In this document: piece by piece, positions 17,541 through 27,551 of the stretch
Layout: each line of letters starts with the position of its first letter
How positions within the stretch are numbered: position 1 is the stretch's first letter
NCBI GenBank assembly: GCA_023958085.1
Contig: JAMLGI010000011.1
Coordinates: 2,904-66,903, forward strand
Origin: Solirubrobacterales bacterium
GTDB lineage: Bacteria; Actinomycetota; Thermoleophilia; Solirubrobacterales; 70-9
Length of the DNA: 64,000 nucleotides
Reading direction: 5' to 3'
Made by a program: the position numbers and the translations under genes
Notes under the pieces: model-generated
The model's input: the letters and a program-made list of their open reading frames with translations, nothing else
The model's database searches: none
What the model was told of the DNA's origin: nothing

Positions 17541-19433
17541 ATGCGCCGGCCCTCCCTTCACTTGCGCCGCTACCAGCTGATGCAGATGCTCGGCGACGGC
17601 CTGCTGGTCGGACTGGCCTTCTTTCTCGCCTTCCAGCTGCGCTTCCTCGACGATCCGGGAACCATCCCGCCCCGCTACGTGAAGCTGCTGCTGCAGTCGG
17701 TCGGCTTCGTGGTGGTCGGCAAGGTGCTGGTCTTCCACCTGTTCGGCCTGTACCAGAAGTGGTGGCGTTTCGTGGGTGGTCGCGACATCGTCCGGATCGT
17801 CCAGGCGGTGACCATCGCCTCGCTGATTCTGGTGGTCGTGTTCGCTGTGGTGCAGCCCTTCAAGCACGGCCTGCCGCGTTCGGTCGTGGTTACCGACTAC
17901 CTCCTCACCCTGATGCTGATCGGCGGCGCCCGGCTCGGCACCCGTCTGCTCAAGGAACGACCCGATCGGGGCAGCCGGATCGCCCGCGGTCGCGAGGTGC
18001 TGGTGGTCGGGGCCGGGTCCGGTGGCCAGATGGTGGTGCGGGAACTGCGGCTCAACCCGAATCTCGGCGAGACCCCGATCGGGTTCATCGACGACAACCC
18101 GGGGATGCGCGGGCAGCGGATCAACGGGATCTCGGTGCTCGGTTCCACCGAGGAGATCGGGAACATCCTCGACGAGACCGAACCGGATGAAGTGGTGATC
18201 GCGATCCCGTCGGCTCCGGGTGCGCTACGGGGCAAGGTGGTGGCCGCCTGCCGCGAACGCCAGATCCGGGTCCGCACCCTGCCGACCGTGTTCGAGCTGC
18301 TCCGGGGTGGAGTCCAGCTGAGCCAGCAGTTGCGTGAGGTCAAGGTCGAGGACGTCCTCGGCCGCGATCCGGTGGTGGTGGAGCTGTCCCGGGTCGGGGC
18401 CTATCTCCAGGACGAGATCGTGCTGGTCACCGGGGCCGGCGGGTCGATCGGTTCTGAACTCTGTCGCCAGATCGCCCGGGTCGGTCCGAAGCTGCTGGTG
18501 ATGCTCGACCACGCCGAGGACAACCTGTTCAGGATCGAACGGGAGATGCTCTCGGAACGACACTTCAGCCAGGTCGAGGCGGTCCTCGCGGACTGCCGCG
18601 AAACGGGACGGATGTTCGAGGTGATGCAGCGCTTCCGGCCCGGCGTGGTGTTCCATGCCGCCGCCTACAAGCATGTGCCTCTGATGGAGTCGAACCCGCT
18701 GGAGGCGATCCGCAACAACGCTTTCGGCACCCGGATCACCGCTGACACGGCGGCGGCCGCCGGAGTCAAACGGTTCGTTCTGGTCTCGACCGACAAGGCG
18801 GTGAACCCGCAGACCGTGATGGGTGCCTCCAAGGCGATGGCCGAGTGGGCGGTCGAGGCGGCGGGCGAGCGACACAGCGACACCCAGTTCGTCTCGGTGC
18901 GGTTCGGCAACGTGCTCGGATCCTCCGGTTCGGTCGTGCCGATCTTCCGGCGTCAGATCGAGCAGGGCGGTCCGGTCACCGTCACCCACCCGGAGATGAC
19001 CCGCTACTTCATGACCATTCCGGAGGCGGTCCAGCTGGTGATCCGGGCGGGTGACATGGGAAACACCCGGGGGGATGTGTTCGTTCTCGACATGGGCGAG
19101 CCGGTGCGGATCGTCGATCTCGCCGAGAACATGATCCGACTCGCCGGACGGGTCCCGGACAAGGACATCGCGATCGAGGTCACCGGAATCAGGCCGGGGG
19201 AGAAGCTCCACGAGCAGCTCTTCGGCACCCGTGAACGCTCTCGACCGACCGCCTCGAAACGGATCATGCGGGCGGTTCGGGAGGAGCGACTCGACGCCGA
19301 CTGGATCGATCTGACCTTCGAGCGGCTGGAGACCGTGATCGAGTCCGGACGGGAGGCGGAGCTGGCCGGGACGCTGGTTGAAATCGTGAACTCACCGGGG
19401 TCCGATCCGCAGCCATCCGGGCTTCCGTTCTAA
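17541..19433 (+). CDS. Membrane-bound CapD/WbpM/PglF-type NDP-sugar 4,6-dehydratase
   Basis: Four N-terminal TM helices, two Rossmann motifs (VVGAGSGG and VTGAGGSIGSEL) and the YK catalytic pair (AAYKHVP). Confidence 0.85.
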   Translation: MRRPSLHLRRYQLMQMLGDGLLVGLAFFLAFQLRFLDDPGTIPPRYVKLLLQSVGFVVVGKVLVFHLFGLYQKWWRFVGGRDIVRIVQAVTIASLILVVVFAVVQPFKHGLPRSVVVTDYLLTLMLIGGARLGTRLLKERPDRGSRIARGREVLVVGAGSGGQMVVRELRLNPNLGETPIGFIDDNPGMRGQRINGISVLGSTEEIGNILDETEPDEVVIAIPSAPGALRGKVVAACRERQIRVRTLPTVFELLRGGVQLSQQLREVKVEDVLGRDPVVVELSRVGAYLQDEIVLVTGAGGSIGSELCRQIARVGPKLLVMLDHAEDNLFRIEREMLSERHFSQVEAVLADCRETGRMFEVMQRFRPGVVFHAAAYKHVPLMESNPLEAIRNNAFGTRITADTAAAAGVKRFVLVSTDKAVNPQTVMGASKAMAEWAVEAAGERHSDTQFVSVRFGNVLGSSGSVVPIFRRQIEQGGPVTVTHPEMTRYFMTIPEAVQLVIRAGDMGNTRGDVFVLDMGEPVRIVDLAENMIRLAGRVPDKDIAIEVTGIRPGEKLHEQLFGTRERSRPTASKRIMRAVREERLDADWIDLTFERLETVIESGREAELAGTLVEIVNSPGSDPQPSGLPF

Positions 19434-19670
19434 GGACCTGTCCCGGTAGGGCTGCGAAGCTCGGCGCGCTGATTCGGCGAAGCCGCGGGTCATTCGGTCG
19501 CGAAGCGCGGGCTGGTGGCCCGTGCGAGTGGCCGGATGGCCCCCGGCGAGTCGAGCGGTGCGCCGGCGAGCTCTGCCTATCGGGATAGGTACTAAGATTG
19601 CGCGAGCGCCCGTCCCGGAGTCGGTCGCCGAACTCGCCCGCCAGGGCCGAACCACCGTGGATACCCACTC

Positions 19671-20426
19671 GTGAACAACGTGATTCAGACCGTCGGCGCG
19701 TACGCCGGTTTGCTTGCCCTGATCGCCACGGTCGTGCTTTCGCTGCTGGTTTTCTCGCTTGCCCGGGACCTGCGGCGGCTGCGCGAGTGGGCCGGTGGTG
19801 CGCCGGAACGGGATGCCGAGGTTCGGGAACTGAGCGAGATCGTGGCCGAGGAACGCTCGCAGGAACTTCGGGTTCTGGCCGAGCGCGAAGAGCGCCGCAA
19901 CATCCGGACCGGCTACGCGGAAGGCTCGTTCTGGCAGCGGCTGGGCCGACCCGGCCGGATCATGATGATTGCCGCCGCCGTCCTCATTGTCGGTGCTGCC
20001 GCCGCCTGGGCCGGCAAGACCCTGATCGGCGGGGGCGACGACAGCGGCACGACGGTGGCCGGCAAGTCGGCTCCGGCCAAGCAGAAGAAGTCGGATTCGG
20101 GCGGGTCGGATGCTCTCAAGCCGAGTCAGATCAAGGTCGGGGTTCTGAACGGGACCGGTGGGGCGGAAAGCGGGCTGGCCGCGGAGTACGCCGGCAAGCT
20201 CGAGGACGAGGGGTACTCGCTGGGGGCGGTCACCGACGCCCCGGAAACCTTCACCGAGAGCATCGTGATGTACCTCAAGGGGCACGAGTCGGAAGCGAAG
20301 AAGGTCGGCAAGTCGATCGGGATCGACCAGACCGGACTGATGACCAGCGACGTGGCGGCGCTCACCCCGGGAGCCGACGTCACCGCGGTGCTCGGAACCG
20401 ACCACAGCGCACTTCCGACGGGCTAG
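19671..20426 (+). CDS. Membrane-anchored LytR_C-domain protein
   Basis: N-terminal TM, a charged coiled segment and a second TM. The C-terminal pattern KVGVLNGTGGAESGLAAEYAGKLEDEGY is typical of the LytR C-terminal domain. Confidence 0.7.
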   Translation: MNNVIQTVGAYAGLLALIATVVLSLLVFSLARDLRRLREWAGGAPERDAEVRELSEIVAEERSQELRVLAEREERRNIRTGYAEGSFWQRLGRPGRIMMIAAAVLIVGAAAAWAGKTLIGGGDDSGTTVAGKSAPAKQKKSDSGGSDALKPSQIKVGVLNGTGGAESGLAAEYAGKLEDEGYSLGAVTDAPETFTESIVMYLKGHESEAKKVGKSIGIDQTGLMTSDVAALTPGADVTAVLGTDHSALPTG

Positions 20427-20984
20427 GTGTCAGTGACCACCGGCACCGGCTCCGAACCGGAGCCTGGATCATCCGGTGGGCCGGTCGGCCCGTGGCGATG
20501 GGTTCCCCTGGCAGTGCTCGCGTTGCTGATGGTCGGCACCGTGCTTGCCTTCGGCTACGCCCAGCGGCTCAAGCGGGAGCCGCTGATCATCGACCGGGTC
20601 GAGTTCCGGGCGACCGGGGCCACCCCGGACGGTCCGGGACGAACTATCTTCAGCCCCAACGGCGACTGCCGCCGGGACCGCATGACGATCACCTTCAGGA
20701 CCACCCGGAGCGATCGGGCCGACGTCGAGATCATCAAGCCGGGCGGTCGCCGGATCCGCCGGCTGGCCCGCAACCGGTTCTTCAAGCGGTACCGGGTTCA
20801 CCGTCTGATCTGGGATGGCCGGCGGGGTGACGGGCAGGTTCCGCAGACCGGACGGTTCCGGGTGCGGATGATCATGCACGGCGAAGGCCGGGTGCTTTAT
20901 CTGCCGGGATGGATCCGGCTGCATAACCATCCGCCCCGGCCATCGGCCTGTCCTGCCGGTGTCGGCCAGGAGAAGCGACCTTGA
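20427..20984 (+). CDS. Membrane-anchored protein with a FlgD-Ig-like domain
   Basis: TM helix, then the FSPNGD...V.I....G..IRRL....WDG..GDGQVPQTGRF pattern characteristic of FlgD-type Ig-like folds. Confidence 0.6.
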   Translation: MSVTTGTGSEPEPGSSGGPVGPWRWVPLAVLALLMVGTVLAFGYAQRLKREPLIIDRVEFRATGATPDGPGRTIFSPNGDCRRDRMTITFRTTRSDRADVEIIKPGGRRIRRLARNRFFKRYRVHRLIWDGRRGDGQVPQTGRFRVRMIMHGEGRVLYLPGWIRLHNHPPRPSACPAGVGQEKRP

Positions 20985-22522
20985 TCACCGCCCTGCTCGC
21001 CCTGATCCCGGCCCTCGCCTGCGCGGCGGCGATCGCCGACCGGCCCGGCCGCCGCCGGACCGTGGCGATGGCGGTCGCGGCGGCCACCGCTGCCATGCTG
21101 ATCGTCGCCGACCAGTGGAATGCGGCCCAGGTGGTCGAACTGAGGAACTCGCCGCTTCAGCTGATCCCGGGACTGATCGGGGCCGGCCTGGTGGCGATCG
21201 CCGGAGCAGTCCTGATCCGCCGCCGTCCCGCCGCGCTGGCGGTGCTGGTGGTGCTGGCCCTGCCGTTCCGGATCCCGGTCGGGGTCGGTGGCACAGATGC
21301 CAATCTGCTCCTGCCGCTCTACCTGGTGATGGCCGCCGGGGTTATCGCGGCGATCTGGCGTGAGTTCCAACCGGAGCAGGAATCCGCCCGGGAGCCCGGC
21401 GAGGGGCCGGCCCCCGGTCCGGTCGCCCGTTGGTTCAGGCCGCTACTGGCGCTGGCCGTGCTGACCTACGCGCTCGGGATCCTGTACTCGGAGGATCGCT
21501 CCGCCGGGCTGCTTCATCTCTGTTTCTTCCTGGTTCCGTTCGGGGTGGTCTTCGCTCTGGTCACCGAGATCCGGTGGTCCCGGGCGAGGCTCACGCTGAT
21601 CACGGCGGTGATCCTCGGGATGGCCCTGCTCTGTGCGCTGGTCGGACTGGTCGAGTGGGCGACCGAGACCCTGCTCTGGAACGAGGCGGTGATCCGCTCG
21701 AACGACTTCCATGTGTACTTCCGGGTGAACTCCCTGTTCTGGGACCCGAACGTGTTCGGCCGCTACCTGGCTCTGGCGATCACGATCGCGGCGGCCGCCC
21801 TGATCTGGGCGCGGGACGGCCGGACGATCATCCGCCTTGCCGCCTGCTCGGTTGTGCTCTGGGTGGCCCTGCTGACCACTTACTCCCAGTCGAGTTTCAT
21901 CGCGCTGCTGGCCGGCCTGGCCGCGCTGGCCGCGCTGCGCTGGAGCGTCAAGTGGGTGGCCGGGGGAGTGCTTGTCCTGGCGGCAGCGGTGCTCGCCTTC
22001 GGGACCTTCGCCGGCGGGGTGGTCAAGCTCGATCTCGGGGCGCTCAACAAGCAGACCTCCGGTCGGGCGAATCTGGTCGAGGGCGGGATCGACCTGTTCG
22101 AAAGCCGCCCGGTTTTCGGCTACGGTTCCGGTGCCTTCTCGGCCTCCTTTCGCCGGGTGGTGGCCGACGGCAGGGCACCCGTCACCGAGTCCCACACCGA
22201 GCCGGTGACCGTCGCGGCGGAACGCGGCGTGGTCGGGCTGCTGCTCTACCTCGGACTGATCGCCACCGCGCTCACCGCGCTCACCGCCGGTTTCCGACGG
22301 GTCATGCCCGGCCTCGGCGGGCCGTTCGACCGGGAGGATCCCGACCGGGGACCACCGGTCGCGAGAGCCGCGATCTTCGCCGCCTTCGTCGCGGTTCTGG
22401 CCCACACCCTGACCTACGCCGGATTCCTCGACGACCCGGTCACCTGGGTTCTGCTCGCGATCGGCTATAGCCTCGCCTTCCAGTGTCGGGAGATCGGTCG
22501 CAACGACGTTCCCAAGGTGTGA
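20981..22522 (+). CDS. O-antigen ligase / Wzy-like polymerase family membrane protein
   Basis: Polytopic protein of about 12 TM helices with a late loop ...GYGSGAF....H.EP. It overlaps both neighbours by 4 nt or more. Confidence 0.75.
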   Translation: MITALLALIPALACAAAIADRPGRRRTVAMAVAAATAAMLIVADQWNAAQVVELRNSPLQLIPGLIGAGLVAIAGAVLIRRRPAALAVLVVLALPFRIPVGVGGTDANLLLPLYLVMAAGVIAAIWREFQPEQESAREPGEGPAPGPVARWFRPLLALAVLTYALGILYSEDRSAGLLHLCFFLVPFGVVFALVTEIRWSRARLTLITAVILGMALLCALVGLVEWATETLLWNEAVIRSNDFHVYFRVNSLFWDPNVFGRYLALAITIAAAALIWARDGRTIIRLAACSVVLWVALLTTYSQSSFIALLAGLAALAALRWSVKWVAGGVLVLAAAVLAFGTFAGGVVKLDLGALNKQTSGRANLVEGGIDLFESRPVFGYGSGAFSASFRRVVADGRAPVTESHTEPVTVAAERGVVGLLLYLGLIATALTALTAGFRRVMPGLGGPFDREDPDRGPPVARAAIFAAFVAVLAHTLTYAGFLDDPVTWVLLAIGYSLAFQCREIGRNDVPKV

Positions 22523-24126
22523 GCCCCCCGGCTTCACCGGTTGAGCCGAACCCCGGGGGCGGGTCGTACCTGCGCCGCCTGGCGACCACCGGCGCCGCCT
22601 ACACCGCGGCCAGCATCATCTCGAAGCTGATCGCGGTCGCCCTGCTGCCGCTCTACACCCGTTACCTGACCCCGGCCGACTACGGTGCGGCGGAAATCAT
22701 GTTCGGCGCGGTGGTCGCCGCCTCGATCGTGATCCGCCTCGGGGTGATCGAGGCCCTGCTGCGCTTCTACTACAAGTCCGGGGAGTCCCCGGAGCGGGTG
22801 GTCTCGACCTCCTTCGCGGTCCTGTTCTGGGCCGGGCTGGTCTCGGTCCTGGTCCTGATGCCGCTGGCCGGACCGCTGTCGGAGCTGCTGCTCGGCGAGT
22901 CCGATCCGACCCTCGCCCGGATCGCGATCGCCGGGCTCTGGGTGCTCACTCTCTCCGAGTATCTGCTCACCCTGTTCCGGCTCGACGAACGGGCCCGGCC
23001 CTTCTTCCTGGTGACCATGCTCTCGGTTCTGGTGACGATCCCGGTGACCGTGATCCTGGTCGTGCCGCTGGACCTGGGGGCGATCGGTCTGCTGGCCGGC
23101 AGCTACGGGACCGGGGTGGTGACCGTGACCGGGTTGATCCTCTATCACCGCCGCCGGCTCTCGCTGCTCCCGGACCGGCCGCTGCTCGGCCGGCTTCTGC
23201 GTTTCGGCCTGCCGACCATGCCGGCCGAGCTCTCGCTCTACTCGCTCAGCTTCATCGACCGGATCCTGATCGCCCGGATGCTCGGTCTGAAGGAGGCCGG
23301 GCTCTACTCCCTTGCGGTGAAGGTTTCGCAGGGGATCGCGGTTCTGGTCCGGGGCTTCCAGCTCGCCTTCCCGCCGCTCGCCTACTCGATCACCGATGAC
23401 GACGAGGCTCGCCGGGCCTACTCGGCGGTGGTCACCTGGTTTGTCGCGGTGATGGCCCTCGTGGTCAGCTTCGTCTGGCTGGCCGCCCCCTGGATCGTCC
23501 GGATCTTCGCCGCGCCGGACTTCTTTCCGGCGGCCGAGGTGGTCGGCCCGGTCTCGGCCGGGGCCGCGCTCTACGCGCTCTACATGGTGCTGCTGGTGGT
23601 GCTGGGCCGCACCGGCCGCACCGAGTACAACCTGCCGGCGACCCTGGCCGGACTGGTCGTGAATGTCGCCCTCAACCTGCTGCTCCTGCCCCACTGGGGG
23701 ATCGTCGGGGCCGGGGTGGCCCTGGTCGCCTCCTACTTCGTGGTGGTCGTCCTGATGTACGTCTTCACCCAGCGGCTCTTTCCGGTGCCGTACGAGTGGG
23801 GACGCCTCGCCCGACTGTTGATCGCCTCCGCGATCCTGGTCGCGATCGGCGCGGTCCTGGTCCCGGATGACGGAATCGGCAACCTGGCCCTGCGGATGCT
23901 GCTGGTCGCAGCCCTGCCCCTGATCCTGCTCCTGACCGGCTTCTTCACCCCGGAGGAACGCGGCTGGCTGATCCTGCTCACCCGGCCGGGTGAGCTCAAG
24001 GCGAAGATCCTCGAGGCCCGCGCCGTCGGCCGGGCAGCCGGACGGCCCGATGCCACCGGAACCACCCCGCAGGGAGGCCTGCCGGAAGCGGCCGAGGTCG
24101 AACAGTGGGACCAGGACCTGCGCTAG
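22483..24126 (+). CDS. Wzx-type (MOP superfamily) oligosaccharide flippase
   Basis: Polytopic with about 14 TM helices. The N-terminus ...SIISKLIAVALLPLYTRYLTPADYG is typical of polysaccharide biosynthesis flippases. An alternative GTG start at 22519 overlaps the upstream stop. Confidence 0.8.
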   Translation: MSGDRSQRRSQGVSPPASPVEPNPGGGSYLRRLATTGAAYTAASIISKLIAVALLPLYTRYLTPADYGAAEIMFGAVVAASIVIRLGVIEALLRFYYKSGESPERVVSTSFAVLFWAGLVSVLVLMPLAGPLSELLLGESDPTLARIAIAGLWVLTLSEYLLTLFRLDERARPFFLVTMLSVLVTIPVTVILVVPLDLGAIGLLAGSYGTGVVTVTGLILYHRRRLSLLPDRPLLGRLLRFGLPTMPAELSLYSLSFIDRILIARMLGLKEAGLYSLAVKVSQGIAVLVRGFQLAFPPLAYSITDDDEARRAYSAVVTWFVAVMALVVSFVWLAAPWIVRIFAAPDFFPAAEVVGPVSAGAALYALYMVLLVVLGRTGRTEYNLPATLAGLVVNVALNLLLLPHWGIVGAGVALVASYFVVVVLMYVFTQRLFPVPYEWGRLARLLIASAILVAIGAVLVPDDGIGNLALRMLLVAALPLILLLTGFFTPEERGWLILLTRPGELKAKILEARAVGRAAGRPDATGTTPQGGLPEAAEVEQWDQDLR

Positions 24127-24196
24127 AACCTGTGGCCAAGACGTCCCGAATGCGTGCCGTTCAACACCGAGGACAGAGTCTTGGCCATGGGTTCTA
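24124..24196. terminator. 73-bp palindromic element spanning exactly from the flippase stop to the convergent GT2 stop
   Basis: TAGAACC-tg-TGGCCAAGAC ...35 nt... GTCTTGGCCA-tg-GGTTCTA. Both stop codons (TAG 24124-26 and CTA 24194-96) lie in the outer arms. There is no T-tract. Confidence 0.4.
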
Positions 24197-25183
24197 GTCC
24201 TGACTTGCCTCGACCCGGTCCCTCACGCTTTCCCCGTGGTTTGGCAGCAGGGCCTGACGGGTGTGGGCGGCGTAGACCCGGGTCGGGGCGCCCGGCAGGA
24301 CCAGTGAGGCGAGGGTGCGCAGGCCGTAAGTCCAGGCGGTGAGAACGCGGACCGTCATCGCGGCCGCCCGGGAGTGGTGCTTTCGCATGTAGAGATCCCG
24401 GTTGCGATGGAACTCGACGATTCGGGGCATTCCGGCCGAAAAGTCGGTGGCAAGCTGATCGTGATGGACCGCCTCGGCCGCCGGCACGTAGAGCGAGTGC
24501 CAGCCGGCGTCGGCCAGCCGCCGGGCGAAGTCACACTCGTCCACGTAGACGAAGAAGTCCGGATCCATGTAGCCGACCTCCGCTGCCGCCTCGCGACGGA
24601 CCATCAGGCAGGAGGACTGGACCCAGTCGACCCGGCGGGTTTCCTCGCCGTGGCTCTGGACGGTGATCCGACGGTGCAGAAAGAGGGCGCCGACCACGGC
24701 GCTCCCGACCCCCGGGAAACGCCAGGCGCAGGCGTACGGGTTGCCGTCGCCGTCAAACAGCTGGGCCCCGGCCGATCCCGCCTGCGGGTCGGTTTCGAGT
24801 GCCTCGAACAGGGACTCGACCGTCCCGACCCGGATCTCGGAATCCTCGTTCAGCAGCAGGCAGTACCGGCCCCGCGCCCGCTCCATCAGCAGACTGTCGT
24901 TCGCCGCCTTGCCCTGTTTGGCCGTGAGTTCGATCACATCCGCCTCGGGGCTGGTCTCCCGGGCTGCCTCCGCCGAACCGTCGGCGGAGTGGTTGTCGAG
25001 AACCAGGATCTCCCGGCTCAGCCGGGCCGGGTGATGCTCACGGATCGCTTCCAGGCAGGCGATCAGGAAGTCACGGCCGTCGTTGTTGACGATGCAGTAG
25101 GTGAGGTCCGGCGGGTCGCCTTGGCGGGAGGAGCCGGCGGCGGCTTCCTGGTCGGTCGGGGTGGGGGGCAGGCCGGTGTTCAC
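24194..25183 (-). CDS. Family 2 glycosyltransferase
   Basis: YCIVNNDGRD, a DxD-like LNEDSE motif and a rhamnosyltransferase-like GT-A pattern. Confidence 0.85.
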   Translation of the reverse strand: MNTGLPPTPTDQEAAAGSSRQGDPPDLTYCIVNNDGRDFLIACLEAIREHHPARLSREILVLDNHSADGSAEAARETSPEADVIELTAKQGKAANDSLLMERARGRYCLLLNEDSEIRVGTVESLFEALETDPQAGSAGAQLFDGDGNPYACAWRFPGVGSAVVGALFLHRRITVQSHGEETRRVDWVQSSCLMVRREAAAEVGYMDPDFFVYVDECDFARRLADAGWHSLYVPAAEAVHHDQLATDFSAGMPRIVEFHRNRDLYMRKHHSRAAAMTVRVLTAWTYGLRTLASLVLPGAPTRVYAAHTRQALLPNHGESVRDRVEASQD

Positions 25184-25206
25184 CGGGGCCTACGATAATC
25201 GGGGTC

Positions 25207-26376
25207 GTGCGCGTCAAGCTGGTCGATCCCTCCGCCTTCACCCCGCCCTACGACCGGGCACTGGCCGCTGCCCTGGCCGCGGCCGGGGCGGATGTGGAGT
25301 TGATCACCTCCCGTTTCACCTACGGGCCGGTCCCGGAAGCGGACGGCTACCGGGAGAGTCTCGACTTCTACCGGATGGCCACCGCCGGCCGGGCGGCCTC
25401 GTCATCGGCTCTGCGTCGGGCGATCAAACTGGCCGAGCACGGGCCGAACATGCTGCGCCTCAGGCGCAAGCTGGACCGGGCCCCGAAGGACGGGGAGCCG
25501 CTGGTCACCCACTACCAGTGGCTGACCATGCCGGGACTCGACCGGCATCTGATCTCGAACCGCCGCCCCCGGGTACTGACCGCCCACTACGTCCTTCCGC
25601 CTCATCCATCGGAGCGGGACCTGCGCCGGGCCGCCCGGATCTACGGGTCGATGGATGCGGTGATCACCCACTCGCGGGCCGGGGCCGAGCGCCTGACCGG
25701 GGAGGCGGGAGTGCCGCCCGATCGGGTTCGGGTGATCCCGCACGGCAGCTTCGAGCACCTGACCAGATCGCGGGTCGATGCCTGGCTCCCGGCGGAGTTC
25801 GGTCGCCCCGATCGGGAGACGGAACGTGGCCCGGTGATCCTGTTCTTCGGCCTGCTACGCCCCTACAAGGGTCTCGACCTGCTGCTCGAAGCCTGCCGCC
25901 GGCTGACCCCGCCTGCCGGCGGGCCGGCACCGGAACTCTGGATCGCCGGTAACCCCCGGATGGACCTGAACGACCTGAAGGCCAGGGCCGAGAAGCTGCC
26001 GATCCCGGTGCGCTGGGCGACCAGGTTCATCTCCGACGCCGAGATCGCCCCCCTGATGCGACAGGCCGACCTGCTTGTCCTGCCCTACCGCGACGGGGAG
26101 CAGTCCGGGGTGCTTTACACCGGAATCGCCTTCGGCAAGGCGATGGTCGTTTCCGACGTCGGCGGGATCGGGGAGGTCGCCCGGGAGCACGGTCTGGCCC
26201 GGCTGGTCACCCCCGGGGACGCCGATGAACTGGGCGAGGCCCTGGTCGCGCTGACCGCGGATCCGGCCGCCCGGGCGGCCCTCGAAGGCCGGGCTGCCGC
26301 GGCCGCCGGCGGACCGTTCTCCTGGCCGGAGATCGCCGCCCGGACCCTTGAGCTGTACAGCGAGCTGATCCGATGA
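25207..26376 (+). CDS. GT-B (family 4/1) glycosyltransferase
   Basis: C-terminal E(x7)E-type region ...LPYRDGEQSGVLYTGIAFGKAMVVSDVGGIGE. Confidence 0.85.
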   Translation: MRVKLVDPSAFTPPYDRALAAALAAAGADVELITSRFTYGPVPEADGYRESLDFYRMATAGRAASSSALRRAIKLAEHGPNMLRLRRKLDRAPKDGEPLVTHYQWLTMPGLDRHLISNRRPRVLTAHYVLPPHPSERDLRRAARIYGSMDAVITHSRAGAERLTGEAGVPPDRVRVIPHGSFEHLTRSRVDAWLPAEFGRPDRETERGPVILFFGLLRPYKGLDLLLEACRRLTPPAGGPAPELWIAGNPRMDLNDLKARAEKLPIPVRWATRFISDAEIAPLMRQADLLVLPYRDGEQSGVLYTGIAFGKAMVVSDVGGIGEVAREHGLARLVTPGDADELGEALVALTADPAARAALEGRAAAAAGGPFSWPEIAARTLELYSELIR

Positions 26377-27551
26377 CCGTGCTCACCGTCCTCTTCTGGG
26401 TTGCCTTCGGACTCCTGGCCTACACCCACATCGGGTACCCGGTCACTCTCTGGGTGCTCGGTTTCATCGGTCTCGGCAACCGGGCCGGGGAGATCCGGGG
26501 ACGTCGCGTGGGGGCGATCCCGCCGCCGATCGATCCGACCACCGAGGAGAAGACGATCCCGACCGTGACGGTGATCATCGCCGCCTACAACGAGGAAGCG
26601 GTGATCGAGGCCAAGGTCAGGGACGCGCTTCAGCTCGAGTATCCACGTGACCTGCTGGAGGTGATCGTCGCCTCCGACGGTTCCACCGACCGCACGGTGG
26701 AGATCGCCCGGGAGGCCGGGGCCGACCGGGTGCTGGACCTTCCCCGCAGCGGCAAGGTGGCCGCCCAGAACGCGGCCGCCGCAGCCGCCGAGGGCGAGAT
26801 CCTCGCCTTCTCGGACGCCAACTCGAGCTGGGAGACGGCCGCCCTGCTGGACCTGCTGGCCCCGTTCCGGGACGGCCGGGTCGGCTACGTCTGCGGGCAG
26901 GTCTCCTTTGTCGGCCCGGACGGCGGCAACCTCGAAGGTGCCTACTGGCGCTACGAGATGAAGGTACGGGAGCTGGAGTCCGGCCTGGCCGGGGTCACCG
27001 CCGGCAACGGGGCGATCTACGCGGTCCGGGCCGGGGACTACATTCCGCTGGATCCATCCGGCAGCCACGATCTCTCCTTCCCGTTCGCGCTGGCCAAGCA
27101 GGGTCGGCTCTCGCTCTACCGGCCTCGGGCCCGGGCGACAGAGAAGGTGGTGCCGAGCCTGGAGGGCGAGCTCTCCCGCAAGCGCCGGATGATGATCGGC
27201 CTCTGGGACATCGTGGTCGGGGAGGGGATGGTCGATCCGCGGGGCTACCCGCCGATCTACCTGCTCGAGATCTTCTCCCATCGGATCCTGCGTTACCTCA
27301 GTCCGTTGCTTCACCTGGTCATTCTGGTGACCAGCGCCATCCTCGCCGGGACCAGCCTGTTCTGGACGATCGTCCTCGGACTGCAGCTGGTGGTGATGCT
27401 GGCGGCACTGGTCGGGAGGTGGGTGCCGCTCCTGCCGTTCAGGATCTGCCGGTACTACGTGATGGTCACCCTGGCGATCGCCTTCGGTCTCTGGGACCGT
27501 TGGCGGCAGGGCCCACCCGGTTTCTGGGAGAAGGCCGAGGGCACCAGATGA
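26373..27551 (+). CDS. Membrane-integrated family 2 glycosyltransferase (synthase-like)
   Basis: TM, then a GT-A domain (VIIAAYNEE, ASDGSTD, SDAN), then C-terminal TM helices. Overlaps its neighbours by 4 nt. Confidence 0.8.
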   Translation: MTVLTVLFWVAFGLLAYTHIGYPVTLWVLGFIGLGNRAGEIRGRRVGAIPPPIDPTTEEKTIPTVTVIIAAYNEEAVIEAKVRDALQLEYPRDLLEVIVASDGSTDRTVEIAREAGADRVLDLPRSGKVAAQNAAAAAAEGEILAFSDANSSWETAALLDLLAPFRDGRVGYVCGQVSFVGPDGGNLEGAYWRYEMKVRELESGLAGVTAGNGAIYAVRAGDYIPLDPSGSHDLSFPFALAKQGRLSLYRPRARATEKVVPSLEGELSRKRRMMIGLWDIVVGEGMVDPRGYPPIYLLEIFSHRILRYLSPLLHLVILVTSAILAGTSLFWTIVLGLQLVVMLAALVGRWVPLLPFRICRYYVMVTLAIAFGLWDRWRQGPPGFWEKAEGTR

